Position numbers and translations under genes: made by a program. The notes below the pieces were generated by a model. That model saw nothing but the letters and a program-made list of their open reading frames with translations, did not search any database and had not been told where the DNA came from. Shown here in pieces: positions 39,805 to 49,072 of a stretch of DNA of 64,000 nucleotides (position 1 is the stretch's first letter; the number at the start of each line of letters is the position of its first letter). Source of the DNA: an uncultured Alistipes sp. GTDB lineage: Bacteria > Bacteroidota > Bacteroidia > Bacteroidales > Rikenellaceae. The stretch is from the NCBI GenBank assembly GCA_947623965.1, contig CANQIF010000011.1, positions 6,775 to 70,774 on the forward strand. Reading direction: 5' to 3'.

Positions 39805-40295
39805 CCGGGCCGGGTCCGAGTTCGGGAACGGTCCGTCAGGATCGAGCGGGCCGGAGCTTCGCCCCGCGAAGGCCCGCTGCTTGCGTCTGCATTTGCGTCC
39901 GCTCGTGCGGTCGCTTCGCAAGCCGCGGCCCGAGTGCGGATTTTGCAGGTGGTAAGTGGGTTTGTAGATGAATTCGATCGCGCAGCGATCGGCAGCCCGC
40001 AGCCGCCCCCGGGCGGAGGGCTGCAATTCGCGTCCCGCAGGTCCGCTTGTGCAAGCCCGTCCGCTCGGCTGCGGGCTTGGCTCGGGTGGAATTCGGCCTT
40101 GAAAAAGGCCGGGCGGGCCGCAGCCGCCCCCTTGGCGGAGGGCTGCTCCTCCACGTCGCAAGCCCATCCGCTCGGCTGCGGGCTTGGCTCGGGGAAAACT
40201 CGGCCTTGAAAAAGGCCGGGCGGGCCGCAGCCTCCGGCGGCGAAGGCCCGCAGCTCCTTGCAGTCGAGCGGAACCTTCGCAGGCTGCGACCCGAA
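39805..40295. repeat. Mosaic GC-rich palindromic repeat cluster K
   Basis: GGTCC-GTCA-GGATC, GGGCCGGAGCTTCGCCCCGCGAAGGCCCGC, GATCGC-GCA-GCGATC+GGCAGCCCGCAGCCGCCCCCGGGCGGAGGGCTGC, and GGCCTT-GAAAA-AGGCC hairpins twice. Confidence 0.85.
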
Positions 40296-40397
40296 AGCGC
40301 TGAAAAAAAATGCTTGGGAACGCCCCTTTTCGATCAGCCGAGAGCAGGCCGAGCTTACTCGGACTATGCGAGGCGAGAAAAGGTGCAAAAAAATAGA

Positions 40398-40910
40398 ATG
40401 AACATGAAACGTATCCTCCTTCTGTCGATCGCCGCCCTTCTGCTTTGCGGCTGCGGCGTATCGATCAAATATTCGCTCTCGGGCGCTTCGATTCCGCCCG
40501 ATGCCAAGACCTTCTCGGTGGCCTACTTCCCGAACAACGCCACGATGGTCTCGCCGATCCTCTCCTCGACGCTGACCGAGGCGCTGGTCGATATCTTCTC
40601 GCGCCGGACGCGTCTGCAGCAGGTCGATGAGGGGGGCGATTTCGCCTTCGAAGGTGAAATCACGAACTACACCTCGGTGACCTCGTCGGTGTCGAGCGAC
40701 GACTATGCCCTCCTGAACCGCCTGACGATCACGGTCAAGGTGCGTTTCACGAATGCCATCGACGAGACGATGTCCTTCAACAAGACCTTCTCGGCCTACG
40801 AGGATTACGAATCGACGCAGTTGCTGACCGAGGTCGAGGGGACGCTGATCCCCCAGATCGTCGACAAGCTCGTCACCGACATTTTCATGGCTGCGGCCTC
40901 GAACTGGTAA
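40398..40910 (+). CDS. lptE: LptE-family lipoprotein
   Basis: Lipobox MNMKRILLLSIAALLLCGC, about 170 aa. The sigma-54 activator / LptE / small TPR-like protein / SecG context is typical of Bacteroidota. Confidence 0.65.
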   Translation: MNMKRILLLSIAALLLCGCGVSIKYSLSGASIPPDAKTFSVAYFPNNATMVSPILSSTLTEALVDIFSRRTRLQQVDEGGDFAFEGEITNYTSVTSSVSSDDYALLNRLTITVKVRFTNAIDETMSFNKTFSAYEDYESTQLLTEVEGTLIPQIVDKLVTDIFMAAASNW

Positions 40911-40914
40911 CCGT

Positions 40915-41394
40915 ATGGCTTCGGAAACACCCTTTTACGTCGATCCCGCGCAGCTCTCCGACAAGCGGCGGCAGCAGTTGATGTTTGCCTATCCGTGGCT
41001 GCGCCCCCTGCAGCAGCTCGCGCTCCGGCGGGGCGAGGAGGTGCCGCCGCTGGCTTCGCTCGTCGATCCGTGGCGGACCGAGACGCCGTTCGCAGCACGC
41101 CCTGTCGATCGCGAAGCTCTGCTGCACCTCACGTCGGACGACCTGATCGACCGCTTCCTGCAGGAGGAGGAGCTTCGCATCGTGGCCGAGGAGGGCGAGC
41201 CGGCCGAAGAGGTGCGCACCGAAGCCGAGTTGAGCGACGAGGATTGTCTGGTGAGCGAGCCGCTGGCCGAAATTTATGCAGCCCAGGGACTTCGCCGCGA
41301 GGCGATCGCAATTTATCGCAAATTAAGTTTGTTAAATCCCGAAAAAAGTGTTTACTTTGCCGAGTTGATCGAGCGTTTGGAAAACAATAATTAA
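40915..41394 (+). CDS. hypothetical protein with a C-terminal TPR-like helix pair
   Basis: LAEIYAAQGLRREAIAIYRKLSLLNPEKSVYFAELIE. Starts 4 nt after lptE and ends 12 nt before secG. Confidence 0.5.
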   Translation: MASETPFYVDPAQLSDKRRQQLMFAYPWLRPLQQLALRRGEEVPPLASLVDPWRTETPFAARPVDREALLHLTSDDLIDRFLQEEELRIVAEEGEPAEEVRTEAELSDEDCLVSEPLAEIYAAQGLRREAIAIYRKLSLLNPEKSVYFAELIERLENNN

Positions 41395-41406
41395 AATTCA
41401 ACGAAT

Positions 41407-41790
41407 ATGTTATACACGATTTGCATTGTTCTGATCCTGATTGCCAGCGTGTTGGTAATTCTCGCGGTGCTGGTTCAGAGCCCCAAGAGCGGTATGGCCG
41501 CCAATTTCGGCGCATCGAATCAGGTGATGGGCGTGCGCGAGACGACCAATTTCCTCGAGAAGTTCACGTGGACGATGGCCGCTGCGATTCTCGTGTTGAG
41601 CCTGGTAGCCACGACGGCCATGGACGGCAGCCGTGTCGCTGAGAGCAACGCTTCGCTGTCGAAGGATGCCAAGGCCCTGCAGGAGCGTATCATCGAGAGC
41701 GAGAGCACGATTCCCCAGGCCGAGATTCCGGCTGCCGGCATCGAGACGCCTGCCGAGGCACCTGCCGAAACACCCGCCGAGGCCGAGTAA
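41407..41790 (+). CDS. secG: preprotein translocase subunit SecG
   Basis: MLYTICIVLILIASVLVILAVLVQSPKSGMAANFG plus a second TM WTMAAAILVLSLVATTA. Pro/Ala/Glu-rich tail. Confidence 0.85.
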   Translation: MLYTICIVLILIASVLVILAVLVQSPKSGMAANFGASNQVMGVRETTNFLEKFTWTMAAAILVLSLVATTAMDGSRVAESNASLSKDAKALQERIIESESTIPQAEIPAAGIETPAEAPAETPAEAE

Positions 41791-41939
41791 CCCAGGGGGG
41801 GGAGGGGACGAGACGTCGCCGGCTGCGATCGGTCACGGTCGGCCGCGCAAGAACAACCCCAAGCTGCAACCGACCGCGCGCAAGAACGAAGACGGTCGGA
41901 AGAACAAACCCAAGGAGGAGCGAGAATTCGCTCGATCCG

Positions 41940-41973
41940 GAGACATTCGCTGTAAGCGAGTGTCTCTTTTTTT
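41940..41973 (+). terminator. Rho-independent terminator of the secG operon
   Basis: Stem GAGACATTCGCT / AGCGAGTGTCTC (1 mismatch), short loop, T7 run. Confidence 0.75.
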
Positions 41974-42019
41974 GTCCCTGCGCCCACCGGGTCACCCCCC
42001 CCTCCGAACCGAACGGCAC

Positions 42020-42057
42020 AAAAAAAGAGCGATTCTGTCATCGGGACAGAATCGCTC
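42020..42057 (-). terminator. Rho-independent terminator of tRNA-Ala
   Basis: 13-bp stem GAGCGATTCTGTC / GACAGAATCGCTC. The A7 run on the plus strand is a U-run on the minus strand. Confidence 0.8.
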
Positions 42058-42064
42058 CTGCTTG

Positions 42065-42138
42065 TGGAGAATACGAGAGTCGAACTCGTGACCTCTTGCA
42101 TGCCATGCAAACGCTCTAGCCAACTGAGCTAATCCCCC
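42065..42138 (-). tRNA. tRNA-Ala (anticodon GGC)
   Basis: Reverse complement GGGGGATTAGCTCAGTTGGCTAGAGCGTTTGCATGGCATGCAAGAGGTCACGAGTTCGACTCTCGTATTCTCCA. It has the G3:U70 alanine identity pair, anticodon loop ATGGCAT and T loop TTCGACT. Confidence 0.9.
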
Positions 42139-42534
42139 ATTGCGACTGCAAATGTAGGATAAAAAATCGGATTTCCAAACTTTTCGCCGAAAAAAGATCG
42201 CCCGCGCCTGCAAAAATCGGACGCGCACCGTTTCGAACGCCTCCATTCGCCCCGAGCAAAGCTGCTTCTGCACCTGTCCTGAACCGCGGTCTGCCCGATG
42301 CCCGCCCCGTGTCGTCTGCCTCGCGTCGTCCCCAACACCTGCTCCGTGCTGGTCCTGCTGCCATGCCGCACGCCTCGTGAATCCCGGCATTCCCCGCCCG
42401 TGCCGCTCGTATTCGCACTGTCCGCCCGACACATCCTCTGTTTTGCCCGCCCGACGCTCCTTCCGGGCTCTCCGTCCAATGCCCTCTCCGTGCCGCCCGC
42501 CCGACGTCTCCGAAGCCCGCACCGTCCGCTCCGT

Positions 42535-43293
42535 TCAGCGCCGGATGCGGAAGAAGCCGCCGGAGGTGTCGAAACGGACCGTGTCGCTGCCGAAGAGCCG
42601 TTCGATGCGGCCGCTGCGGATCATCTCGTCCGGCGGCAGCAGATGCAGCTGCGGCGGATCGATGAGAGCTACGGCGTCGCAGAGCGAGAGGGCGATATCG
42701 AGCTCGTGGGTCGAGAAGAGGATGCACTTGCGCTCTTCGTGCGCCAGCCGGGCCAGCAGCGTGCAGAGCTCGTAGCGGTTCGGCAGGTCGAGGAACGAGG
42801 TGGGCTCGTCCAACAGGATGATCGGCGTCTGCTGCGCCAGCGCCCGGGCGATCATCACCCGCTGGCTCTCGCCGTCGGACATGCGGTCCAGGGTCCGGTC
42901 GGCGTAGTCCGCCATCCCCACCCGGTCGAGGGCGTGCGCTACGACGGCGCTGTCTTCTGCCTGCATGCGGCCGATCCAGTTCGTGTAGGGGGCGCGGCCG
43001 AGGGCCACCAGGTCGCGGCAGCGGAGGTCGGCGATGCGCACGCGCTCGGTCGTGACGAAGGCGACGGTGCGGGCCAGCTCCTGCGGCGGCGTCGCGTCGA
43101 GGGGGCGGCCGTCGAGCAGCACGCGGCCGCCGCGGACCGGTCCCAGCCCGGCCAGCGCCCGCAGCAGGGTCGATTTGCCTGTGCCGTTGCGGCCGATGAG
43201 TGCCGTCAGCGTACCGGCCGGCAGCTCGGCCGAGACCGCATCGAGCAGCGTGCGGGGGCCGTATCCGAGGGTGAGTGCTTCGAGACGGATCAT
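42535..43293 (-). CDS. ABC transporter ATP-binding protein (BtuD/FecE type)
   Basis: Walker A GRNGTGKST, signature MSDGESQR, Walker B IILLDEPTS. Confidence 0.88.
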   Translation of the reverse strand: MIRLEALTLGYGPRTLLDAVSAELPAGTLTALIGRNGTGKSTLLRALAGLGPVRGGRVLLDGRPLDATPPQELARTVAFVTTERVRIADLRCRDLVALGRAPYTNWIGRMQAEDSAVVAHALDRVGMADYADRTLDRMSDGESQRVMIARALAQQTPIILLDEPTSFLDLPNRYELCTLLARLAHEERKCILFSTHELDIALSLCDAVALIDPPQLHLLPPDEMIRSGRIERLFGSDTVRFDTSGGFFRIRR

Positions 43294-43299
43294 GGCGTT

Positions 43300-44304
43300 T
43301 CAGCAGATGGATTTGTTGCGGACGACGACCCACACGACGATCGGGATGCCTAACAGGGCCGTAATCGTATTGACGGGAAGCGTGAGCCATTTCGAGACGA
43401 TGTCGCAGCCGAGCAGCACGACCGCCCCCGCAAGGGCCGCCCCGGGCAGCAGCACGCGGTGGTCGGCATTGCGAAAGAGCATGCGCGCCACGTGCGGCAC
43501 GGCGAGGCCGAGGAAGCCGATCGGGCCGCAGAAAGCCGTGACGGTGCCCGCGAGCAGGGTGGTGGAGAGGAAGACGAGCTGCCGGGTGCGGCGGATGTCG
43601 AGCCCCATCGTGCGGGCATACTGCTCGCCTAAAAGAAGCAGGTTGAGGGGTTTCACGGCCGCCACGGCGAGCGCGAGCCCCAGCGCCACAGCCGGCAGCA
43701 GCAGGGCCAGCCGGGCGGCCGTGACGTCGCCGAGCGACCCCATCGTCCAGATGACGAAGGCCTTCAGCGCCTCCTCGCGGCTCAGGTACTGGAGGATCTG
43801 CACGACGGCCCCGACGCCCGACGAGAACATCATGCCGAGGATGAGGATCACTAAAATGTCCTTGATGCGGCGGCTCACGGCGGCGATGACGGCGAGGATC
43901 GCCGCGGCGCCGAGCCACGCGGCGCCGGCAATGCCGAGCGAGGCGAGAGCGCCGTGGCCGGCAAGGCCGAGCAGCGGGGCGCCGAGGATGAAGAAGGCGA
44001 CGCCGAGGCTGGCGCCCGAGCTGATGCCGAGCACGTAGGGGCCGGCCAGCGGGTTGCGGAAGAGGGTCTGCATCTGCAGGCCGCTGACGGCGAGGGCGGC
44101 TCCGGCGGCAACGGCGACGACAGCCTTCAGCAGGCGGATGTCGCGGACGATCTTGACGGTCGCGGCGGCTGCTTCGCCCCCCCTGAGGGCAGCCCACACC
44201 TCCCGCAGGGGAATGGCGACGGCCCCCACCGTCAGGTCGATGAGGAAGAGCGCGACGGCCGCGAGCGTCAGCGCGGCGAAGAGCAGGGCGGTGCGGGATC
44301 TCAT
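43300..44304 (-). CDS. FecCD-family ABC permease (BtuC type)
   Basis: 334 aa, about 9-10 TM, FecCD-like GPIGFLGLAVPH motif. Confidence 0.85.
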   Translation of the reverse strand: MRSRTALLFAALTLAAVALFLIDLTVGAVAIPLREVWAALRGGEAAAATVKIVRDIRLLKAVVAVAAGAALAVSGLQMQTLFRNPLAGPYVLGISSGASLGVAFFILGAPLLGLAGHGALASLGIAGAAWLGAAAILAVIAAVSRRIKDILVILILGMMFSSGVGAVVQILQYLSREEALKAFVIWTMGSLGDVTAARLALLLPAVALGLALAVAAVKPLNLLLLGEQYARTMGLDIRRTRQLVFLSTTLLAGTVTAFCGPIGFLGLAVPHVARMLFRNADHRVLLPGAALAGAVVLLGCDIVSKWLTLPVNTITALLGIPIVVWVVVRNKSIC

Positions 44305-44333
44305 GGGCGGCGGATCGTTTCGTGCGAAGCTGC

Positions 44334-44423
44334 GGGTACCCGCGGATCGGTGGGCACCCGCGGATCTGTGGGTACTCGCAGAACGGCGGGCACCCGCAGA
44401 ATGGTGGATTCCCGCTGGCGGCG
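44334..44423. repeat. 18-bp tandem repeat, about 4.5 units (GGGYACYCGCRGAWCKGY)
   Basis: GGGTACCCGCGGATCGGT 44334-44351, GGGCACCCGCGGATCTGT 44352-44369, GGGTACTCGCAGAACGGC 44370-44387, GGGCACCCGCAGAATGGT 44388-44405, then a decayed unit. Located in the 166-bp spacer between the binding-protein and permease genes. Confidence 0.85.
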
Positions 44424-44470
44424 GCCCGCCGCCAGAACGGGGCCGGCGAGCGGCAGGGGGTTGTTCACGG

Positions 44471-45631
44471 TCATTCGATTTTTCGGTAGTAGACGAGCGT
44501 GTCGCCCTCCTCGGAGAGGGCGGCCAGCTCGGGGTGGAAGATGAGGATGAGGTCGCGCAGCACTAAATCGGGGTGTACGATGCCCGACTCCCAGTAGTCG
44601 TTGCCCCCCGCGGCATTCGTGCGACGGTCGCAGTTCCAGACGCTGCCCGTGCGCACGCACCGGACGTCGGCCAGCTTCGGCAGCCGCGCCCGGAGCTCGT
44701 CGAGCGTCGCGAAGCTGCCGGCATGGATCCAGACGTCGGCCTCGGAGAGGAGCAGCGCCGCCTCCTCGAGGTCGATCGGAAGCGACGTGTCGCCCGTGTT
44801 GCGGCGGTAGAGGTAGTCGCCTCCGGCGTCGGCGATCAGCCGCGCCACGTAGCTGCCGGTCGAGGCCATGAACCACGTGTCGCCGTAGGGGGCGTTGAGC
44901 ATCACGCGGGGGGCTTTCAGCCCCTTCCCGGCCACGCGCTCCCGCCAGACATTGTAGCGCTCGGGAATCCCGGCGAAGAGCGCCTCGGCCTCCTCGCGCC
45001 GGCCGATCGCCTCGCCGACGGCCACCATCCACTCGGCCTTCCCGAGCGGCGACTCTTCGAGGTATTCGCCCACGTAGAGGAACGGGACGCCCAACTCGCG
45101 CAGCTTCGGCTCGAGGCTGCTGGCGCCCCCGATGCCGAAGAGCAGCACCAGATCGGGTTCGAGCGAGAGGAGGCGTTCGTAGTCGATGTTGCCCTCGTAG
45201 CCCACGTCGCCGATCCGGTCGCGGTTGGCGGCGACATAGGGGTTCGAGAGGTAGTCGATGCCCGAGACCCCGACGATCGTGCTGTCGGCCCCCAGAGCGT
45301 CGAGCATCGCCACGTGGGTCGAGGAGAGGCAGACGATGCGGCGGGCGTCGCCCCGCAGCACCTGCCCGTCGAAGCCCTCGGGCGCCTCCTCGCCGTCGCG
45401 GGCGATGTAGAGGGCCGTCTCGACTCCCTCGGCGCCCTGCCAGGGGCTGCGGACCCGGATGATCGTGCTCGCCCTCCCGGCGGCCCCGGCGATCTCGAAG
45501 CCCGAGGCGTACCCCGGGGTGTAGACCGCCCGGTCGAAATCCGCAAGGAGGGTCGTGCGGCGCCCTCCGCAGGCGGCGGCCAGCAGAAGAACGGCGGGAA
45601 GCAGCGTGCGCTGCAGAATTCGTTTCAACAT
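44471..45631 (-). CDS. ABC transporter periplasmic substrate-binding lipoprotein (BtuF/iron-siderophore class)
   Basis: Lipobox LLLAAAC, 386 aa, positioned between the TonB-dependent receptor and the FecCD permease. Confidence 0.75.
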   Translation of the reverse strand: MLKRILQRTLLPAVLLLAAACGGRRTTLLADFDRAVYTPGYASGFEIAGAAGRASTIIRVRSPWQGAEGVETALYIARDGEEAPEGFDGQVLRGDARRIVCLSSTHVAMLDALGADSTIVGVSGIDYLSNPYVAANRDRIGDVGYEGNIDYERLLSLEPDLVLLFGIGGASSLEPKLRELGVPFLYVGEYLEESPLGKAEWMVAVGEAIGRREEAEALFAGIPERYNVWRERVAGKGLKAPRVMLNAPYGDTWFMASTGSYVARLIADAGGDYLYRRNTGDTSLPIDLEEAALLLSEADVWIHAGSFATLDELRARLPKLADVRCVRTGSVWNCDRRTNAAGGNDYWESGIVHPDLVLRDLILIFHPELAALSEEGDTLVYYRKIE

Positions 45632-45677
45632 CGTACAGTAGTCTTGTTTCTTTTTTGGGGCCGGACAGCCCGGCCCT

Positions 45678-47891
45678 TTATCGCTTCTTCCCCCACTTGG
45701 GGCGGATGCCGATGAACACCTCGAAGTTGATGCGCGGCATCGGACGCGACAGCACCGAGATATACTCCTCGTTGAGGAGGTTGTTCACGCTTCCCTTCAG
45801 CGACAGGTCGGCCCAGCGGAGCGCGAACTCCTTGCCGAGGGTCAGGTTGCTCATGTAGTAAGGCATCAGCTGGCCGCCGGTCAGCGTCTTGGCGTTGCTC
45901 GTCAGCGTGTAGCGCCTGCTGTAATAACACCACTTGTAGAGCAGCGACCAGCTGCGCCAGGCGAGCTGCGCCGTGAGGGTCGCCGAGTGCTCGGGAATGT
46001 AGGGCAGCTGCTTGCCGATCGAGCGGTCGCCCTCCGTGAGGGGCTCGCCGACGTTGATCGAGGGGGTCCACGAGTAGGTGGCGTCGAGGTCGAGCTTCCA
46101 CTGTTCGGAGAGCGCCGCCGAGAGGTCGGCGTGCAGCTCGACGCCGTAGGCGTGGACATCCTTGATGTTCACCGGCGAGAGGAACCCCTTGACGGTCCAG
46201 AGCCAGAGGATCCAGTCGTCGATGTGCGAGTCGAACCAGGTCGCCGATCCCGTCAGCCGGTATTTGCCCGCTTCGCCCACGGCGAACGAGAGCCCCGCAT
46301 CGTAGGTCCAGCCGCTCTCCTTCTTCAGGTCGGGATTGCCGCCCGGCAGGAAGTAGAGGTCGTTGAGGGTCGGGAAGCGGTAGTTGCGCGACACGGAGGC
46401 CTTGGCCACGAGGTTGCCCCGCTTCGAGAGAACCCCGTCGAGGAAGAGGGCCGGAATCACGGGCGACCAGACCGTGCCGTAGAGCTCCTCGCGCAGCACG
46501 AGCGAGAGGCCGAAGCGCTCCACGGGGCGCCACTTGGCCGACAGGGCTCCCGAGAGCTCGATGCGCCCCTTGTCGTAGCCCACCACCGCGGTGTGACCGT
46601 CCTGGCGGATGATGTTCTTGTCGGCGCTCTCGACCAGATGCTGGTGCGCCGTGAGGCTCGCCGTGAAGAGCCACCGGCTGCTGATGCTGTATTCGCCCTC
46701 CGCCTGCCCGTAGAAGGTGTCGATGCGGCTGCGCGAACGGGTCATGGGGGCCATCGTTCCGTTGCCCAGGTCGTTCTTGTAGTCGTAGCCCATCCAGGTG
46801 TGGATGTAGCCCGCCCGGGCGCCGATCTTCCAGTCGCTGCGCAGGTGGTCCCACGTGAGGACGCTGCGGAAGGTCCGCTCGCGCTGCGTGTTCTCGAAGA
46901 GCTGCTCGTCGGCATAGCTCGTCGTCAGCATCGGCAGGTCGCGGTCCGAATCGACGTACCAGGCGTTCAGCCCGAAGCGGTCGCCGCGCCCCGTGTTGTA
47001 GTAGACCTCCTGCAGCAGATGCAGATCGCGGTAGGAGGCGTTGCGGTTGCGCTCGGTGGGATAGTACTGGCCGATGATGTGCTTCTCCTCGTCGTAGATG
47101 TTCTCCTTCTTGTCGCGGTTGCGGTATTTGTAGTCATTTGGCGATGCGGAGAGCACCGCGCGCGTCGAGAGCTGCCAGCGGTCGTCGCCGTAGGTGAGGC
47201 GCAGGAACTCGTCGAAGGTCCCGAACGACCCGATGCCCTGGATGTACTGCAGCCCGAAGCCGCGGGCGTCGGCGGGCTTCGTCGCGAGCTTCACGCTGCC
47301 GCCCAGGCCGCCCCCCGTCTCGTTCACGGAGGAGGTGCCGTGCAGCAGCGAGGCGTCGTCGATGAAGTAGGAGGGGATCATCGAGAAGTCGGTCATGCCG
47401 AGCATCGGGTTGTTGATCCGCATGCCGTTCCACGTCACCTGCGTGTGCGAGGGCGAGGTGCCGCGGAAGGCCACCGTCGAGAGGGTCGCGCGGCCGTAGC
47501 TCTTGACGAAGATCGAGGAGTTGAACGCGAGCACGTCGGCCATCGAGAGGGCGATGTTCTCCTTGAGCGCCACCGAGTCGAATTTCGTCTGCTGGATGCC
47601 GATCTCCTTGATCGGCCGCCGGCCGACGATCGTCACCTCCGGAATCGGGTGGACACGCTTCGTCCAGTCCTTCGGCAGGCGGCCGGATTTGGGCTGGCCG
47701 TCGCTACCCGGCTGGCCGTCGGTTCCCGGTTCCCCTTCGGTTTTCTGCATCCTGTCGCTTTCCGGCAGGGCGCCCCCCGGCATCCCGTCAGCCCCCGTCA
47801 GCGCTTCGGCTTCCGGCTGTGCGGCGGCTGGGCCCGTCCCTGCCAGCAGAAGCAGCAGGACTGCGAATAGTGCGAATAGCGCTCTTTTCAT
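45678..47891 (-). CDS. btuB: TonB-dependent outer-membrane receptor, probable corrinoid transporter
   Basis: Signal peptide MKRALFALFAVLLLLLAGTGPAAAQ (start CAT 47889-47891), plug region IPEVTIVGRRP...VAFRGTSPSHTQVTWNGMRINNP, and a long beta-barrel. It lies in an operon headed by a cobalamin riboswitch. Confidence 0.7.
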   Translation of the reverse strand: MKRALFALFAVLLLLLAGTGPAAAQPEAEALTGADGMPGGALPESDRMQKTEGEPGTDGQPGSDGQPKSGRLPKDWTKRVHPIPEVTIVGRRPIKEIGIQQTKFDSVALKENIALSMADVLAFNSSIFVKSYGRATLSTVAFRGTSPSHTQVTWNGMRINNPMLGMTDFSMIPSYFIDDASLLHGTSSVNETGGGLGGSVKLATKPADARGFGLQYIQGIGSFGTFDEFLRLTYGDDRWQLSTRAVLSASPNDYKYRNRDKKENIYDEEKHIIGQYYPTERNRNASYRDLHLLQEVYYNTGRGDRFGLNAWYVDSDRDLPMLTTSYADEQLFENTQRERTFRSVLTWDHLRSDWKIGARAGYIHTWMGYDYKNDLGNGTMAPMTRSRSRIDTFYGQAEGEYSISSRWLFTASLTAHQHLVESADKNIIRQDGHTAVVGYDKGRIELSGALSAKWRPVERFGLSLVLREELYGTVWSPVIPALFLDGVLSKRGNLVAKASVSRNYRFPTLNDLYFLPGGNPDLKKESGWTYDAGLSFAVGEAGKYRLTGSATWFDSHIDDWILWLWTVKGFLSPVNIKDVHAYGVELHADLSAALSEQWKLDLDATYSWTPSINVGEPLTEGDRSIGKQLPYIPEHSATLTAQLAWRSWSLLYKWCYYSRRYTLTSNAKTLTGGQLMPYYMSNLTLGKEFALRWADLSLKGSVNNLLNEEYISVLSRPMPRINFEVFIGIRPKWGKKR

Positions 47892-47904
47892 GGTTCGTCG
47901 TTCG

Positions 47905-48972
47905 TTATTTCCAGCAGAAGGCCCCCGGGATGATCCCGACATAGAAGCGGTCGAGCAGCTCGCCCTGCTTCGAATAGCGGTAGACGAGCCCCTGCTGCTG
48001 GTAGTCGATGGCATCGGCCACGTAGAGGTCGCCCCGCACGGGATCGACCGTCAGCCCGTAGTAGATCGTCCCCGTGTCGGGGATGAAGGGGCGCACCGGC
48101 ACGCGGTCGGCCGTGACATCCATCGCCCAGACGCCGCCGTTGATCCAGTAGAGCGTGTCGCCCGCACCGTTGAGCTGCACCTCCGAGCCGCGGTCGCCCT
48201 TCCGGAAGCGGAACTCCTTCTCGACGGTGAAGCTCTCGGCGTCGATGCGGTAGAGCGTTGGCGCCTCGAAGCCGTAGGGGCTCCCCTCGTAGCCGCCGTC
48301 GGTGATCGTCCACAGCTTGCCGTTGCAGTCCAGGACGAGCGACGTGGGCTGGATGCCGATCGTCAGCTCGCCGACCACCGTGTCGCTCTCCGTGTCGATC
48401 TTCAGGATGCGGTCCTGGTAGGACCAGCAGTTGACATAGACATACTTGCCGTACTGCACCATCTGCTCCGTCGAGCCGCTCTCCATCATCATCCGCGGAC
48501 ACGCGATGTGGCCCGTGACCTCGAACCGCGATGGATCGACGATGAAGATGCGGTTGTCCCAGAGCTGCGTCACGTAGGCCTTTTTGTCGGAGAGGAAGTG
48601 GATGTAGCGCGGCGAGGTGAGGTTCGTGATGCGGCCGACCTCGCGGAAGGTCTCCGGGTCGATCGCGAAGATCACGTGCGAATTGTTCACCACGACCCAT
48701 CCCAACCCGTTGTGCAGGGTCATCGACTGCGCCACGTCGCCCAACTTCATGCCGTTCGCGCGGTAGAAAACTTCGTTTTCGACCTGTTTCGTCTCGGGAT
48801 CGTAGTACGAGAGGGTGGCGTTCCCGTACTGGAAATTCCCCTCGTTGGTGATGAAGAGCCCGGCTCCCGAGGAGGTGAAATCCTCCGTCTCGCCGTAGTC
48901 CCACTCCATGCACCCGGCGAGCAGCAGGGCGGCGAGCGCCGCACAGCTCCTATATCGTAACAATCGTTTCAT
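47905..48972 (-). CDS. YncE-like beta-propeller surface lipoprotein (BtuG-like by context)
   Basis: Lipobox ALLLAGC. Repeated LFITNEGNF / VVVNNSH / YVNCW / WTITDGGY beta-propeller-type blades. Immediately upstream of the receptor gene. Confidence 0.5.
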   Translation of the reverse strand: MKRLLRYRSCAALAALLLAGCMEWDYGETEDFTSSGAGLFITNEGNFQYGNATLSYYDPETKQVENEVFYRANGMKLGDVAQSMTLHNGLGWVVVNNSHVIFAIDPETFREVGRITNLTSPRYIHFLSDKKAYVTQLWDNRIFIVDPSRFEVTGHIACPRMMMESGSTEQMVQYGKYVYVNCWSYQDRILKIDTESDTVVGELTIGIQPTSLVLDCNGKLWTITDGGYEGSPYGFEAPTLYRIDAESFTVEKEFRFRKGDRGSEVQLNGAGDTLYWINGGVWAMDVTADRVPVRPFIPDTGTIYYGLTVDPVRGDLYVADAIDYQQQGLVYRYSKQGELLDRFYVGIIPGAFCWK

Positions 48973-49072
48973 CCTCGTTGCTTGCGGGAAAGGCGCCCCC
49001 GGGCTTTTCCCTTGGTTTGAATTCGTTCGCTGCGGCGCGAAAAACCGCCGCAGCCGCCTCGCCGGCCCCTTC

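Noticed and set aside
41791-41940. G-run / C-run inverted pair (GGGGGGGGAGGGGAC near 41795 versus GTCACCCCCCCCTCC near 41991) flanking the secG terminator as possible MITE ends
   Set aside because: The two arms are not true reverse complements beyond the homopolymer runs, I could not identify a target-site duplication, and the interval is explained by two convergent terminators.
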